Below are positions 9,288-19,347 of a stretch of DNA of 64,000 bases, in pieces. Origin of the DNA: Dehalococcoidia bacterium (GTDB lineage: Bacteria; Chloroflexota; Dehalococcoidia; Lucifugimonadales; G963668185). Under the pieces are notes generated by a model. The model was not told the DNA's origin, ran no database searches, and was given only the letters and a program-made list of their open reading frames with translations. Position 1 is the first letter of the stretch. Each line of letters begins with the position of its first letter. The position numbers and the translations under genes were made by a program. The stretch is taken from contig OZ253485.1 of assembly GCA_965261935.1 (NCBI GenBank), forward strand, positions 472,388 through 536,387. Direction: 5' to 3'.

Positions 9288-9806
9288 GTGTCACTCTGGT
9301 CAAGATTGAAGCAGATGGTGTTGGGGAATGGGGGCCGGACTGCCGAATCGGCCACGGAGTCTATGCCGGAAAACCAGCCGGCAGAGTCGTCCGAAGACGC
9401 CGCTAGCGATATCACGCTCGACCAGGCGCACGCCGCCGTCAAGGCAGCCATCCGAAAGTCGGAAGAGATGGGCGTCAAGATGGATATAGCCGTAGTTGAC
9501 ACTGGCGTCAGACTAAAGGCGTTCGCTCGAATGGACCGTGCGTGGCGTGGTTCGATCGACATCGCCCAGAGGAAAGCGAGGACGGCACGATACTTTGACA
9601 TGCCGACCGGTGCAATTGGAGAGCTATCTCAGCCTGGGGAGGCACTGTTCCGGATCGAACACTCGAACCGCGGGCTGATCTCATTCCCCGGTGGACTCCC
9701 CATCAGGAACAGCGCCGGTGAGATTGTCGGGGCCATCGGTGTTTCCGGAAGTACCGTCGAGGACGACCACGCAGTTGCGGAGGCTGGCGTAGCGGCTGTT
9801 TCCTAG
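9288..9806 (+). CDS. GlcG/HbpS heme-binding protein, copy 2, with an N-terminal extension of about 40 aa
   Basis: Same core motifs as copy 1 and the same final 20 aa; extra leader [13 protein letters not shown] plus an acidic linker. Confidence 0.88.
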   Translation: MSLWSRLKQMVLGNGGRTAESATESMPENQPAESSEDAASDITLDQAHAAVKAAIRKSEEMGVKMDIAVVDTGVRLKAFARMDRAWRGSIDIAQRKARTARYFDMPTGAIGELSQPGEALFRIEHSNRGLISFPGGLPIRNSAGEIVGAIGVSGSTVEDDHAVAEAGVAAVS

Positions 9807-9930
9807 CCAGCACGCTGGACCCGAACCCCCAGGTAGTGCCACAGGCACGCGGGAACAGTTCGTCTATAGAGCGATCGAGTGCCTATAACCATGCGTCAAT
9901 GAACGCATTCAATAGGAAGGTTCAGGTGTC

Positions 9931-10530
9931 ATGTCATTCTGGTCATCCGTCAGACGCATCCTTGTAGGTGAACAAAGTGTAGGTGAACAAAGTCCTGCTG
10001 CGGCCGAGGGACCGGCCGCAGTTGCCGCGCCACCTCCGGCGCCGCCGGCACAGAACGGCCGGTTACCGGTGACGATCTCGATCAACGGGTCGGGCGTGTC
10101 CGATTCCGTAGAGCCCAGGCTGCTTCTGGTCCATTTCATTCGCCAGAACGCAGCCCTTACCGGTACGAAGATCGGCTGCGACACCAGCCAGTGCGGACTG
10201 TGCGTTGTACTTGAGAACGGTGTGGCCGTGAAATCGTGCACGCGGCTGGCTGTGCAGGCTAACGGAGCCGAGATCACCACCATCGAGGGTTTGGGATCGG
10301 CCGGCGAGCTCCACCCACTCCAGGAAGCGTTCTGGAACCAGCATGGGCTCCAGTGCGGTTACTGCACGCCCGGCATGATTATGGCCGCAAGCGAATTACT
10401 GAAATCCAACCCAGACCCTTCCCCCGAGGAGATCAGGCACGGCCTGGAAGGCAACCTGTGCAGATGTACCGGGTATACGAACATCGTCCGCGCAGTGCGG
10501 GCGGCAGCAGAAGCGATGAAGGGGGGCTAG
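9931..10530 (+). CDS. coxS: CO dehydrogenase-like small subunit (2x[2Fe-2S]) with an N-terminal extension
   Basis: [19 protein letters not shown] and GNLCRCTGY. Contains a 15-bp tandem repeat GTAGGTGAACAAAGT at 9964-9993. Confidence 0.92.
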   Translation: MSFWSSVRRILVGEQSVGEQSPAAAEGPAAVAAPPPAPPAQNGRLPVTISINGSGVSDSVEPRLLLVHFIRQNAALTGTKIGCDTSQCGLCVVLENGVAVKSCTRLAVQANGAEITTIEGLGSAGELHPLQEAFWNQHGLQCGYCTPGMIMAASELLKSNPDPSPEEIRHGLEGNLCRCTGYTNIVRAVRAAAEAMKGG

Positions 10531-10531
10531 C

Positions 10532-12886
10532 ATGGCTACGGCAACCCGTATATTCGGTTCCGGCATCCGGCGCCGGGAAGACCCGAGGCTCATTACTGGA
10601 GGCTCCAAGTACACGGATGACCTCCAATTGCCGGGCATGCTATACGCGGCGATGCTCAGAAGCCCTCACGCCCATGCCAACATTCAAAGCATAGATACGA
10701 GCGCTGCCTCCGACTGCCAGGGAGTTGCGGCGGTGTTTACCGGCAACGACACGCAGGGCGTGCTAAAAGGCCTTCCATGCGCGTGGCTGGTCCCCAACTC
10801 TGACCTCAAGACGCCCGAGCATCCTCCAATTGCAGTCGACAGGGTGCGATACGTGGGCGATGCAGTTGCGGTAGTTGTCGCGGACTCGCGGTACCATGCG
10901 GAGGATGCGCTGCAGCATATTGACGTGGACTACGAGATCCTGCCGGCGGTGGTGAATCCTGAGGAGGCACTTCAGGACGGCGCCCCTCAGGTTCACGACG
11001 ACGTTCCGAACAACCAGGCGTTCAAGTGGGTAGCAGAAGGCGGCGACGTGGACGCGGCGTTCGATAACCCTGAAGTGCTGGTGAGCGAGCGTATTGTGCA
11101 CCAGCGTCTCGTCCCGAACGCGATGGAGCCGCGGTCAGCGCTCGCGCAGTGGACGGATGCGGCTGGCGACCTGACGCTATGGAGCACTACGCAGAATCCC
11201 CACATTGCAAGGTTCCTTACGTCGGTAGTCACAGGCGTTGGCGAGCACAAGATCAGGGTTATTGCGCCTGAGGTGGGCGGAGGCTTCGGCAGCAAAATTC
11301 CGTACTACGCGGACGAGGCGATAACGGCTTTCTGCTCCATGAAGCTCGGTGTGCCGGTCAAGTGGACGGAAACACGGTCTGAGAACTTCATTGCCACGAT
11401 CCACGGCAGGGACCATGTGCAAGATGTGGAGTTGGCCGCAACAAAGGATGGTATAGTCACCGGCCTTAGGGCAACGGTCTACGCCGGCATGGGCGGCTAC
11501 CTGTCCACAGCAGCGCCCGGCATTCCAACCATATTGCACGGCCTGATGTACTGTGGGCCTTACAATATGCCCGCGGCCCGCGCCGAAGTGTATGGCGTGT
11601 TTTCCAACACCACGCCCACCGATGCCTACCGCGGCGCTGGGAGGCCAGAAGCTACGTTCCTGGTGGAGCGCATGATAGAGAAGCTGGCCGGGGAGTTGGA
11701 CATGGACCCGGTCGAGGTCAGGCGCAAGAACCTTGTGGCCAAGTTCGATGACGGTCATGACATCGTGCTTGGCCTAACGTATGACAGTGGAGACTATGAG
11801 GCCCCGCTGGACAAGGCCCTTGAGGCAGTGTGCTATGCGGACTTAAGGGCTGAACAGAAACAGGCACGCGCCGAAGGCCGCTACATGGGAATCGGTGTTT
11901 CTACGTACGTCGAGATATGCGGCCTGGGCCCGTCCCAGGTTGCGGGAGCCGTGGGTTTCCAGGGCGGACTCTGGGAGGGCGCCACGATCAAGGTCACTCC
12001 TACCGGCAAGGTCAGTGTAGCGATTGGCTCGTCGCCTCATGGCCAGGGAGAGGAGACGACCTTCGCACAAGTGGTAGCAGACGAGATCGGTGTGGACGTG
12101 GACGATGTTGAAGTGCTGCATGGGGACACCGACAACACGCCGATGGGGTGGGGCACTTACGGAAGCAGGACGACTGCGGTGTCCGGCGCGGCGCTGACGC
12201 TGGCCGTGCGCAAGGTAAAGGACAAGGCGCGGACTCTCGCAGCTCACCTGCTGGAGGCCTCCGAGGAGGACATAGAGTACGGCGACGGACGCTTCTTCGT
12301 GCGCGGGTCGCCCGACAGCGCGAAGTCCATACAGGACATCGCTCTGATGGCAAACGTGGCCTGGAACATGCCGGAAGGGATGGAGCCGGGTCTGGAGGCG
12401 CAAGCATTCTACGACCCGCCGAACTTCAGCTATCCGTTCGGAGCTCACGTAGCCATCGTCGACGTCGACCCGGACACCGGGCATGTCTCTCTGCGCAGAT
12501 ACGTTGCCGTTGACGACTGCGGCATACAGATCAATCCTATGATAGTGGAAGGCCAGGTTAGTGGAGGCGTAGTGCAGGGGGCAGGTCCGGTGCTCTGGGA
12601 GGGGGCTGTTTACGATGAGAGCGGGCAGCTTCTCACTGGCTCGATGCTCGACTACGGCCTGCCGAGAGCCGACGTGGTACCGGACATCGAGTCCCTTAGC
12701 ACCGAGACTCCGTCGGGCCATCATCCTCTTGGGGTGAAGGGCGTAGGCGAGACCGGAACGATCGCGTCCACCATCACGATCTACAATGCAGTCATGGATG
12801 CGCTCAAGCCGTTTGGTGTGGAGAAGATTGACATGCCGCTTACCCCCGAGAAGGTGTGGACGGCGATGCGGGAAAGTGGAGGTTAG
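10532..12886 (+). CDS. coxL: Form II (putative) aerobic CO dehydrogenase / molybdenum hydroxylase large subunit
   Basis: VGGGFGSK, the form II active-site motif AYRGAGR (not the form I AYxCSFR), QGEET and KGVGE. Confidence 0.92.
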   Translation: MATATRIFGSGIRRREDPRLITGGSKYTDDLQLPGMLYAAMLRSPHAHANIQSIDTSAASDCQGVAAVFTGNDTQGVLKGLPCAWLVPNSDLKTPEHPPIAVDRVRYVGDAVAVVVADSRYHAEDALQHIDVDYEILPAVVNPEEALQDGAPQVHDDVPNNQAFKWVAEGGDVDAAFDNPEVLVSERIVHQRLVPNAMEPRSALAQWTDAAGDLTLWSTTQNPHIARFLTSVVTGVGEHKIRVIAPEVGGGFGSKIPYYADEAITAFCSMKLGVPVKWTETRSENFIATIHGRDHVQDVELAATKDGIVTGLRATVYAGMGGYLSTAAPGIPTILHGLMYCGPYNMPAARAEVYGVFSNTTPTDAYRGAGRPEATFLVERMIEKLAGELDMDPVEVRRKNLVAKFDDGHDIVLGLTYDSGDYEAPLDKALEAVCYADLRAEQKQARAEGRYMGIGVSTYVEICGLGPSQVAGAVGFQGGLWEGATIKVTPTGKVSVAIGSSPHGQGEETTFAQVVADEIGVDVDDVEVLHGDTDNTPMGWGTYGSRTTAVSGAALTLAVRKVKDKARTLAAHLLEASEEDIEYGDGRFFVRGSPDSAKSIQDIALMANVAWNMPEGMEPGLEAQAFYDPPNFSYPFGAHVAIVDVDPDTGHVSLRRYVAVDDCGIQINPMIVEGQVSGGVVQGAGPVLWEGAVYDESGQLLTGSMLDYGLPRADVVPDIESLSTETPSGHHPLGVKGVGETGTIASTITIYNAVMDALKPFGVEKIDMPLTPEKVWTAMRESGG

Positions 12887-12888
12887 GG

Positions 12889-13755
12889 ATGTTCCCAGCC
12901 AGTTTCGAATACTATCGTGCGGATAGCGTAGCCGGCGCGGTAAGCATGCTGGCCGGACACGGTGACGCCAAGCTACTCGCTGGAGGCCACAGCCTTTTGC
13001 CCGTGATGAAGCTGCGCCTGGCCAGTCCGGCCGCTCTCATAGACATCGGTGGAATCTCAGAGCTGAGGGGCGTGGATGCCGTCTCAGGGCATCTTCGGAT
13101 CGGTGCGCTGACGACTCACGCGCAGGTAGCCTCTTCGGAGGCAGTCGCCGAACACTGCCCTATGCTCGTTTCCGCGGCAAAGGACATCGGGGACCCGGCG
13201 GTTCGTAACTTCGGCACGATTGGCGGCAACCTTGCCCACTCCGACCCGGCGTCGGACCCGCCAACAGTGGTGACAGCGGTTGGGGGTACGATTCACGCGA
13301 CTGGCCCGAATGGGGAGCGCTCTATAGCCGCATCCGACTTCTTCGAGGACCTGATGACGACGGCATTGGCCGACGACGAGATCATTACCTCTGTGGAGAT
13401 TCCCGCCAGGCAAAGCGGACAGGTGATGGGTTATGCCAAGCTGAAGCATCCCGCATCCCGGTACGCCGTGATCAGCGCGGGCGCCATCCTGACAGTAGCC
13501 GGCGGAGTATGCTCCGGCGCAAGCGTTGCAGTGGGCGGCATAACGCCCTCCCCCTTCAGGGCCGGATCGGTGGAGGCAGCGCTCGAGGGAATCGATCTGT
13601 CTGAGGACGCGCTGGCTGGGGCTGCTGCTGCCGTGGCGGACGACATCGGAGACTATGTGCTGGATGACGTGTTCGCGTCTGCCGAATATCGGAGCGCGAT
13701 GGCGGTTGTGTTCGTCAAGAGGGCGCTGCTGGACGCAGCGGCCAGAGCAGGATAG
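12889..13755 (+). CDS. coxM: CO dehydrogenase-like medium FAD-binding subunit
   Basis: MFPASFEY start, AGGHSLLP, VRNFGTIGGN and SAEYR. Confidence 0.92.
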   Translation: MFPASFEYYRADSVAGAVSMLAGHGDAKLLAGGHSLLPVMKLRLASPAALIDIGGISELRGVDAVSGHLRIGALTTHAQVASSEAVAEHCPMLVSAAKDIGDPAVRNFGTIGGNLAHSDPASDPPTVVTAVGGTIHATGPNGERSIAASDFFEDLMTTALADDEIITSVEIPARQSGQVMGYAKLKHPASRYAVISAGAILTVAGGVCSGASVAVGGITPSPFRAGSVEAALEGIDLSEDALAGAAAAVADDIGDYVLDDVFASAEYRSAMAVVFVKRALLDAAARAG

Positions 13756-13863
13756 GCGTCTGTTTCAGACGACGACCGGCATGAAGCGTTCCGGTACGGT
13801 ACCTTTGGCAGCACCGCAATGTACTTCCTTGAGGTCAGGCTGGACTGATCGGGGGGGCGAGCA

Positions 13864-14799
13864 TTGACCGACGCCGCGCTGGCGCCTGCATCCATAGACG
13901 AACTTCAGGACAGGTTGCGTGACGCCCTGTACGTGGCCGACCGCGGCCTGGCGATCTCAATCTATCTGGCCCTGAAGCTCAACCGACCACTGTTCCTGGA
14001 AGGTGAGGCCGGTGTGGGTAAGACTGAAGTCGCGAAGGTGCTGGCTTCAATCTTGGATACGGACCTGATCCGGTTGCAGTGCTATGAAGGACTCGACGTA
14101 GCTCAAGCAGTGTACGAATGGAACTACGCGCGGCAGTTGCTGGAGATACGGTTACTGGAGGCCACCGACAGTCTGAACGATCGCGACGCCGCTGAGAGAG
14201 ATATATTCAGTGACCGGTTCCTCATCAAGCGGCCGCTGCTCCAGGCGATAGATCCCGGCCGAAGTAAACCCCCGGTGCTGCTAATCGATGAGATAGACCG
14301 TGCAGACGAAGAGTTCGAGGGATTCCTTCTTGAATTGCTGTCGGACTTTCAGATCACGATTCCCGAGTTGGGAACGTATCGGGCGGAGAACCGTCCGGTG
14401 GTCGTTGTGACGTCCAACCGCACGCGAGAGGTCCACGACGCACTGAAAAGAAGGTGCCTGTACTACTGGATTGACTATCCAGACTTCCGCAAGGAACTCC
14501 AGATTGTGAGAGCCAAGGTGCCCGAAGCGTCAAGGAAGCTGTCCGAAGAGGTGACCGCATTCGTGCAGGACCTGCGGGAAGGCGAGTTGTTCAAGATTTC
14601 GGGCGTTGCGGAGACGCTGGACTGGACCGCCGCACTGGTGGCGTTGGACCAGAATGAACTGGACGCATCTGTGATAGACGATACCCTTGGCATCGTTCTG
14701 AAGTACCGGGAAGACATCGAGGCGGTCCGCGGAGAGCCCGTGCGCCACATGCTGAACCGCGTGAGAAACCGCGAGGGACGTCGCGGCCGGCGGCGATAG
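13864..14799 (+). CDS. coxD: MoxR-family AAA+ ATPase
   Basis: LEGEAGVGKT, RLQCYEG, LLIDEIDRAD, TSNRTRE and LKRRC. Confidence 0.9.
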   Translation: MTDAALAPASIDELQDRLRDALYVADRGLAISIYLALKLNRPLFLEGEAGVGKTEVAKVLASILDTDLIRLQCYEGLDVAQAVYEWNYARQLLEIRLLEATDSLNDRDAAERDIFSDRFLIKRPLLQAIDPGRSKPPVLLIDEIDRADEEFEGFLLELLSDFQITIPELGTYRAENRPVVVVTSNRTREVHDALKRRCLYYWIDYPDFRKELQIVRAKVPEASRKLSEEVTAFVQDLREGELFKISGVAETLDWTAALVALDQNELDASVIDDTLGIVLKYREDIEAVRGEPVRHMLNRVRNREGRRGRRR

Positions 14800-14818
14800 T
14801 GCTTCTGCTGGGCTTCAA

Positions 14819-16153
14819 ATGACCGTGCAGACGTCCGGCACTGCCTCTTCCGGACACATTCTTCACAACATCGTCATGTTTGGCCGCGTACTGAGGCGGC
14901 TGGGGCTCGACGTGCACTCCGGTCGTATGCTCGATGTCGTGGACGTGCTGGGAGACGTCGGATTCAGAAGACGCCAGGACTTCGCCCTAGCGCTCCGGAC
15001 GCTTCTGGTCCACCGCCAACAGGACCTTCAACTGTTCGACGAGGCGTTCCGCGTCTTCTGGCGAGCGCCGAAGGACCGCAAATCTAGGCTGGACCTACGG
15101 AGCATAGGAGAACAGCGACGTTACAGACAGCCGCTGGTGGCACCACCCAGGGCGGATGAAGGTGTGAATGGCAAGGACGACGCCGACTCCGAAATCGAAG
15201 AAGCCGGAGACCTGATAACACTCACTCGCACTTACAGCGCGCGCGAAGTCCTGAGAGCCAAGGACTTCGCTGAGTACACCGCCTCAGAGATAGCCGAAGC
15301 CCGCCGAATCATGGAAGGTATGTCGTGGGACATGGGCACCCGCCGCACTCGCCGCTGGGAGCCTGGGAATGGGCGGGAGCAGGACATGAGGCGCATTGTC
15401 CGCCAAAACCTGAGGTTTGGCGGCGAAGTCCTAAAGTTACCCGAAAGACGGCGCAAGGTGAAGGAGAGACCGCTCGTTCTGATATGCGACATAAGCGGCT
15501 CCATGGAACGCTACACACGTATGCTGCTCCACTTCATACATACGCTCAAGGGTGGTATGAGAAACGTAGAGGCCTTCGTGTTCGCGACGAGGCTGACCAA
15601 CATTACGAACAAGTTGGCCTATCGCGGCGTGGATGACGCGGTCCGGGAGGTGTCCAAATCGGTGCCGGATTGGGCCGGCGGAACGCGAATCGGCGAAGCG
15701 CTGAAGGCTTTCAACTACCGATGGGCGAGGCGTGTTCTCGGTTGGGGCAGCGTGGCGATCGTCATTTCAGACGGCTGGGACCGCGGAGACCCGGTGTTGC
15801 TAGGAGAGGAGGCGGCACGGCTTCAACGAAGCTGTCACAGACTCGTTTGGCTGAACCCTCTGCTGGGTCCTCTGGAGTATGAACCGCTGACCAGGGGACT
15901 GCAGGCGGTGCTGCCATATGTAGACGATCACATGCCTGTTAGAAACTTGGGTAGCCTCGAGGACCTGGCCGAGCACCTGAGCAGTCTCGGGACGCGCCGC
16001 GGAGCGAGGTCACAGCAAAGGCCCGCGCCCTCCAGCATTGAACAGGGTAGTCAACAAGAAGAGGACGCTGGGACGCCGCACACGGCACTCCCGGATACAG
16101 CTCCGCCTCTGGCGTTCAGACATCCATTGTGGGGACGCCGGTCGAGGGGTTAG
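14819..16153 (+). CDS. coxE: VWA-domain CoxE-like protein
   Basis: MIDAS motif DISGSM, WAGGTRIG, ISDGWD and WLNPL, plus a low-complexity C-terminal tail. Confidence 0.9.
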   Translation: MTVQTSGTASSGHILHNIVMFGRVLRRLGLDVHSGRMLDVVDVLGDVGFRRRQDFALALRTLLVHRQQDLQLFDEAFRVFWRAPKDRKSRLDLRSIGEQRRYRQPLVAPPRADEGVNGKDDADSEIEEAGDLITLTRTYSAREVLRAKDFAEYTASEIAEARRIMEGMSWDMGTRRTRRWEPGNGREQDMRRIVRQNLRFGGEVLKLPERRRKVKERPLVLICDISGSMERYTRMLLHFIHTLKGGMRNVEAFVFATRLTNITNKLAYRGVDDAVREVSKSVPDWAGGTRIGEALKAFNYRWARRVLGWGSVAIVISDGWDRGDPVLLGEEAARLQRSCHRLVWLNPLLGPLEYEPLTRGLQAVLPYVDDHMPVRNLGSLEDLAEHLSSLGTRRGARSQQRPAPSSIEQGSQQEEDAGTPHTALPDTAPPLAFRHPLWGRRSRG

Positions 16154-16237
16154 CGTTTCGTGCACACATCGGATGTGCCATACAATGGGCGCGTTATCGC
16201 CTGTGCTTCACCGCAAGGTCTCGATTAGGAGTGGAAC

Positions 16238-16678
16238 TTGAAAATCAGCGGAAACTACAGCTTTAGCTCGGCCCCTGGAGTGGTCTGGGAACGGCTGCTC
16301 TCCCCGGAAGTGCTGCGCCACTGTATACCGGGATGCAAGGACTTCGTCGTCGTTGACGACTCACATTACCAGGTCTCAATGACCGTAGGGGTCGGGATGA
16401 TTCGGGGCGAGTACAGCGCCGATATAACGCTGGCAGACAGGGAGCACGAGACCTCGCTTCGAATGACCGTGGCGGGAAAGGGCTCGGCTGGCTCGATCCT
16501 GGGCGACAGCCAGCTCAGGTTGAGCGCCGCAAACGGCGGCACCTCCGTAGAACTCGACGGCAACGCGCAGGTCACCGGCGTGGTTGCCAGGGTCGGACAG
16601 CGGTTGCTGTCCTCCGTGTCCCGCAAGATGATGGACCAGTTTTTCACGTGTCTGAAGGGGCAGATTGACGGAGCGTAA
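16238..16678 (+). CDS. coxG: CoxG/SRPBCC family protein
   Basis: VWERLLSPEVLRHCIPGC and VARVGQRLL. Confidence 0.88.
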   Translation: MKISGNYSFSSAPGVVWERLLSPEVLRHCIPGCKDFVVVDDSHYQVSMTVGVGMIRGEYSADITLADREHETSLRMTVAGKGSAGSILGDSQLRLSAANGGTSVELDGNAQVTGVVARVGQRLLSSVSRKMMDQFFTCLKGQIDGA

Positions 16679-16681
16679 GAC

Positions 16682-16703
16682 GCGGATCCGCCGGTGGATC
16701 CGC
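16682..16703. other. Short hairpin between coxG and the next gene
   Basis: GCGGATCC-gccggt-GGATCCGC, an 8-bp perfect stem with no U tract. Confidence 0.4.
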
Positions 16704-16727
16704 CACGGTTAACGGAAGGGCCCAAGC

Positions 16728-18140
16728 ATGGAGCACACCCAGATTGCGGTCGTAGGTGGTGGAGTCGCCGGAACGACGGCCGCCAGGGTCGCCTCCGAGA
16801 TTGGCCTTGACGTGGTGCTCATCGACGAGCATCCTGCAGACGCCGATTCAATAGCGATGGACATCCCGCTGTACTTCGGACAGCGGGCACTAGCCACGAC
16901 CTCGGACCGAGGTCTGATGATGAGCAGGGTAGTGAACGCCAACGCTGGCCTGCAATCGGCCACCGAGGCGGGCGCGAATGTTCACGCAGGAGTTGTCGCT
17001 TGGGACAGTGCGGCCAACAACACGCTGACATTCGCGGACGAGAGCCGCTCGTGGCGGCTGCGATATGAACGCGCGATTTTCGCCTCCGGCGCGCGCGACC
17101 TCTGCCTGCCGTTCAGAGGCTGGGAGAAGGCGGGCGTGATGGGCGCCGCCGCGGCGCTAACGCTCATGAACAAGTACGGTGCATTCGCGGGACGCCGAAT
17201 CGCGATACTCGGCGGAGGCGGGCTGGCGAAAACCCTGGTTGAGAGCGCCCGAAGATCGGGCGTCCAAGTGGCTGGGGTTGTGGACATTCGCCGTCGAATG
17301 CCGAGAAAGTTGGGGGACACACCGTTGTTTCCCGGTCACGGGGTAATCGAGGCCCTCGGCGGAGAGCAAGTGGAAGGACTGGCGATAGCCGAGCTGGATG
17401 AGTCCGGATCGCCGTCCAAGTCCGCGAGGAAGGAACTCGAGTGCGATACGGTGTGCTTCGCATTCGACCTTGTATCCCAAGTGGACGTGCTCTACTGGAC
17501 CGGCTGTGAAATGGGCTACCGGCCCGGACAGGGAGAGTTAACGCCGAGAGTGGACTCGGATATGAGGACTACCCGTCGTGAGGTGTTCGCGGTGGGGGAC
17601 TGCGCGAGAGTTACTGGAGAGACTTTCGCGGTGCCGGAGACGGCCGAGGCGCAGGGCAGGACAGCCGCAATTGCCGCTGCGCGCGATCTGGGGGTTGAAG
17701 TGGACATGCCGCCGCTGCCTAAAGCGACGAGGCGGGCAAATGGGAGTGGCGTCTCCTCACGCCGAGCATGGTACCGAGCCCTATGCGGGGAAGACGCCGA
17801 CATCCCAGTCTGCCTTTGCGAGGGCGTAACGCGGGGCGATATCGTCGAGGCGGTGAATGCAGGGCCAAGAGTGCCCGACCATGTCAAGAGGCTGACGCGC
17901 GGGGGAATGGGCCACTGCCAGGGAAGGCGCTGCCGGGAAGGCATCCAGGCGCTTGTCTCTGAGTTAACCGGAGCGCCATTGGGCCAGGTGCCACCGGCGT
18001 CGTACCGTCCTCCATTCAGGCCAGTGTCGCTGGAAGTGGTGCGCAACAGAGACCTTACATCCGAGGAGCAGGAGTTCGTGAAGATACGATGGCATCGGCG
18101 AAGCCCCACATCCGGGGGCAGGTCAGTGGAGGCGAGTTAG
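16728..18140 (+). CDS. FAD/NAD(P)-dependent oxidoreductase with a C-terminal BFD-like [2Fe-2S] domain (HcnB/OoxA/sarcosine oxidase alpha-like)
   Basis: GGGVAG, ASGARD, PGW-like RGWEKAGVM, AVGDC, then CLCEGV...TRGGMGHCQGRRC and RPPFRPV. Confidence 0.85.
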   Translation: MEHTQIAVVGGGVAGTTAARVASEIGLDVVLIDEHPADADSIAMDIPLYFGQRALATTSDRGLMMSRVVNANAGLQSATEAGANVHAGVVAWDSAANNTLTFADESRSWRLRYERAIFASGARDLCLPFRGWEKAGVMGAAAALTLMNKYGAFAGRRIAILGGGGLAKTLVESARRSGVQVAGVVDIRRRMPRKLGDTPLFPGHGVIEALGGEQVEGLAIAELDESGSPSKSARKELECDTVCFAFDLVSQVDVLYWTGCEMGYRPGQGELTPRVDSDMRTTRREVFAVGDCARVTGETFAVPETAEAQGRTAAIAAARDLGVEVDMPPLPKATRRANGSGVSSRRAWYRALCGEDADIPVCLCEGVTRGDIVEAVNAGPRVPDHVKRLTRGGMGHCQGRRCREGIQALVSELTGAPLGQVPPASYRPPFRPVSLEVVRNRDLTSEEQEFVKIRWHRRSPTSGGRSVEAS

Positions 18141-18191
18141 CCTTGTGATGGAGGTCTACGCAACTGAGAAAGACGTGATGGTGGACGCGCG

Positions 18192-19340
18192 ATGAATCGG
18201 ACAGTCGACGAAGCCGAGGTAGTTGTCATAGGCGGCGGCGTGGTCGGCATGGCCACGGCTTACTACACCTCCATGCGAGGCAAGGATGTGGTGCTGGTCG
18301 ACAAGGGCGTACCGGGCTGGGAGGCGTCGGGGCGAAACGGCGGATGGGCAGGGGCCGGAGGTAAGGCAGGCGGCGCCGTGGCGGCGGAGAACTGCGCACT
18401 TTGGAGCGGACTCGAGGACGAACTCGGGCAGTCTATCGAGTTCGTACAGGGTGGATCCCTTCATATCGCGCTTACTGAAGAAGAGGCGACAAGGATCGAG
18501 GCCAACGCACAATCGTCCCGAGCCGCAGGGGGAGAAGTTCGCGTTGTGGACCTGCAAGAGATGCAGGACATCCTGCCCAGCGTCACCGAAAAGGCGCTGA
18601 GAGGTACGTTCAACCCTGGAGGAAGCCACGCGAATCCTCAGCTTACCTGCGAAGCGTGGCGCCGTGCGCTCGAAAGGCGCGGCGTTCGCGTTCGCGATCA
18701 CACCAAGGTGACCGGAGTTATGGCACGCGACGGGCAGATCAAAGGCGTCGAAACGGACCGGGGCGTCATTTCATCGCTGCACGTGGTGAACGCGGCCGGG
18801 CCTTGGGCGCATCTGATCAACGAGATGGTCGGGCTAAGCAGTCCGCCGAGACCCGTGCTAATCGAGATTCTCTGCACACTGCCGCTGCCGCCCGTTGCAA
18901 AGGCTACCTTTGGGGGTAACGCCCTTTACTGCCGGCAGGCGGTGAGCGGGCAGCTGCATTTCGGTGGATGGAACGCCGTGCACAAGGACGTCAGGGTAGA
19001 CGAGAGGCTGGAAACATCGTCCCTGGTAACCGGCGACATCGCCAGCCGATTCGTGGAGATGGTCCCAGGACTCCGCCACGCCAAGGTGCTGCGTACGTGG
19101 GCCGGGGTAATAGCGCGAACCCCGGACGATCTGCCGGTGATCGATGCGTTGGACTGTCCGAAGGGCTTCTACGTGAACATGGGATTTGGCGGCGGAGGGT
19201 TCGCGTTCAGCCCGGTCGCCGGCAAGATCGTTAGCGAGCTCATCGTTGACGGCCGATCCCGCTTCGACATTAGCGCGTTCAGCCTGTCAAGGATGCCCGG
19301 CATCTCCGACTTCGAAACTATGGCGATGGAGCCGGTCTAA
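18192..19340 (+). CDS. DAO-family FAD-dependent amino acid/amine oxidase subunit (HcnC/OoxB/SoxB-like)
   Basis: IGGGVVG, ASGRNGG, VNAAGPW, RTWAG, TPDDLPVI and GFAFSPVAG. Confidence 0.88.
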   Translation: MNRTVDEAEVVVIGGGVVGMATAYYTSMRGKDVVLVDKGVPGWEASGRNGGWAGAGGKAGGAVAAENCALWSGLEDELGQSIEFVQGGSLHIALTEEEATRIEANAQSSRAAGGEVRVVDLQEMQDILPSVTEKALRGTFNPGGSHANPQLTCEAWRRALERRGVRVRDHTKVTGVMARDGQIKGVETDRGVISSLHVVNAAGPWAHLINEMVGLSSPPRPVLIEILCTLPLPPVAKATFGGNALYCRQAVSGQLHFGGWNAVHKDVRVDERLETSSLVTGDIASRFVEMVPGLRHAKVLRTWAGVIARTPDDLPVIDALDCPKGFYVNMGFGGGGFAFSPVAGKIVSELIVDGRSRFDISAFSLSRMPGISDFETMAMEPV

Positions 19341-19347
19341 GCTTCCA

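Noticed and set aside
10532-12886. Bona fide (form I) CO dehydrogenase
   Set aside because: The active-site loop is AYRGAGR and the order is S-L-M, so CO oxidation cannot be claimed.
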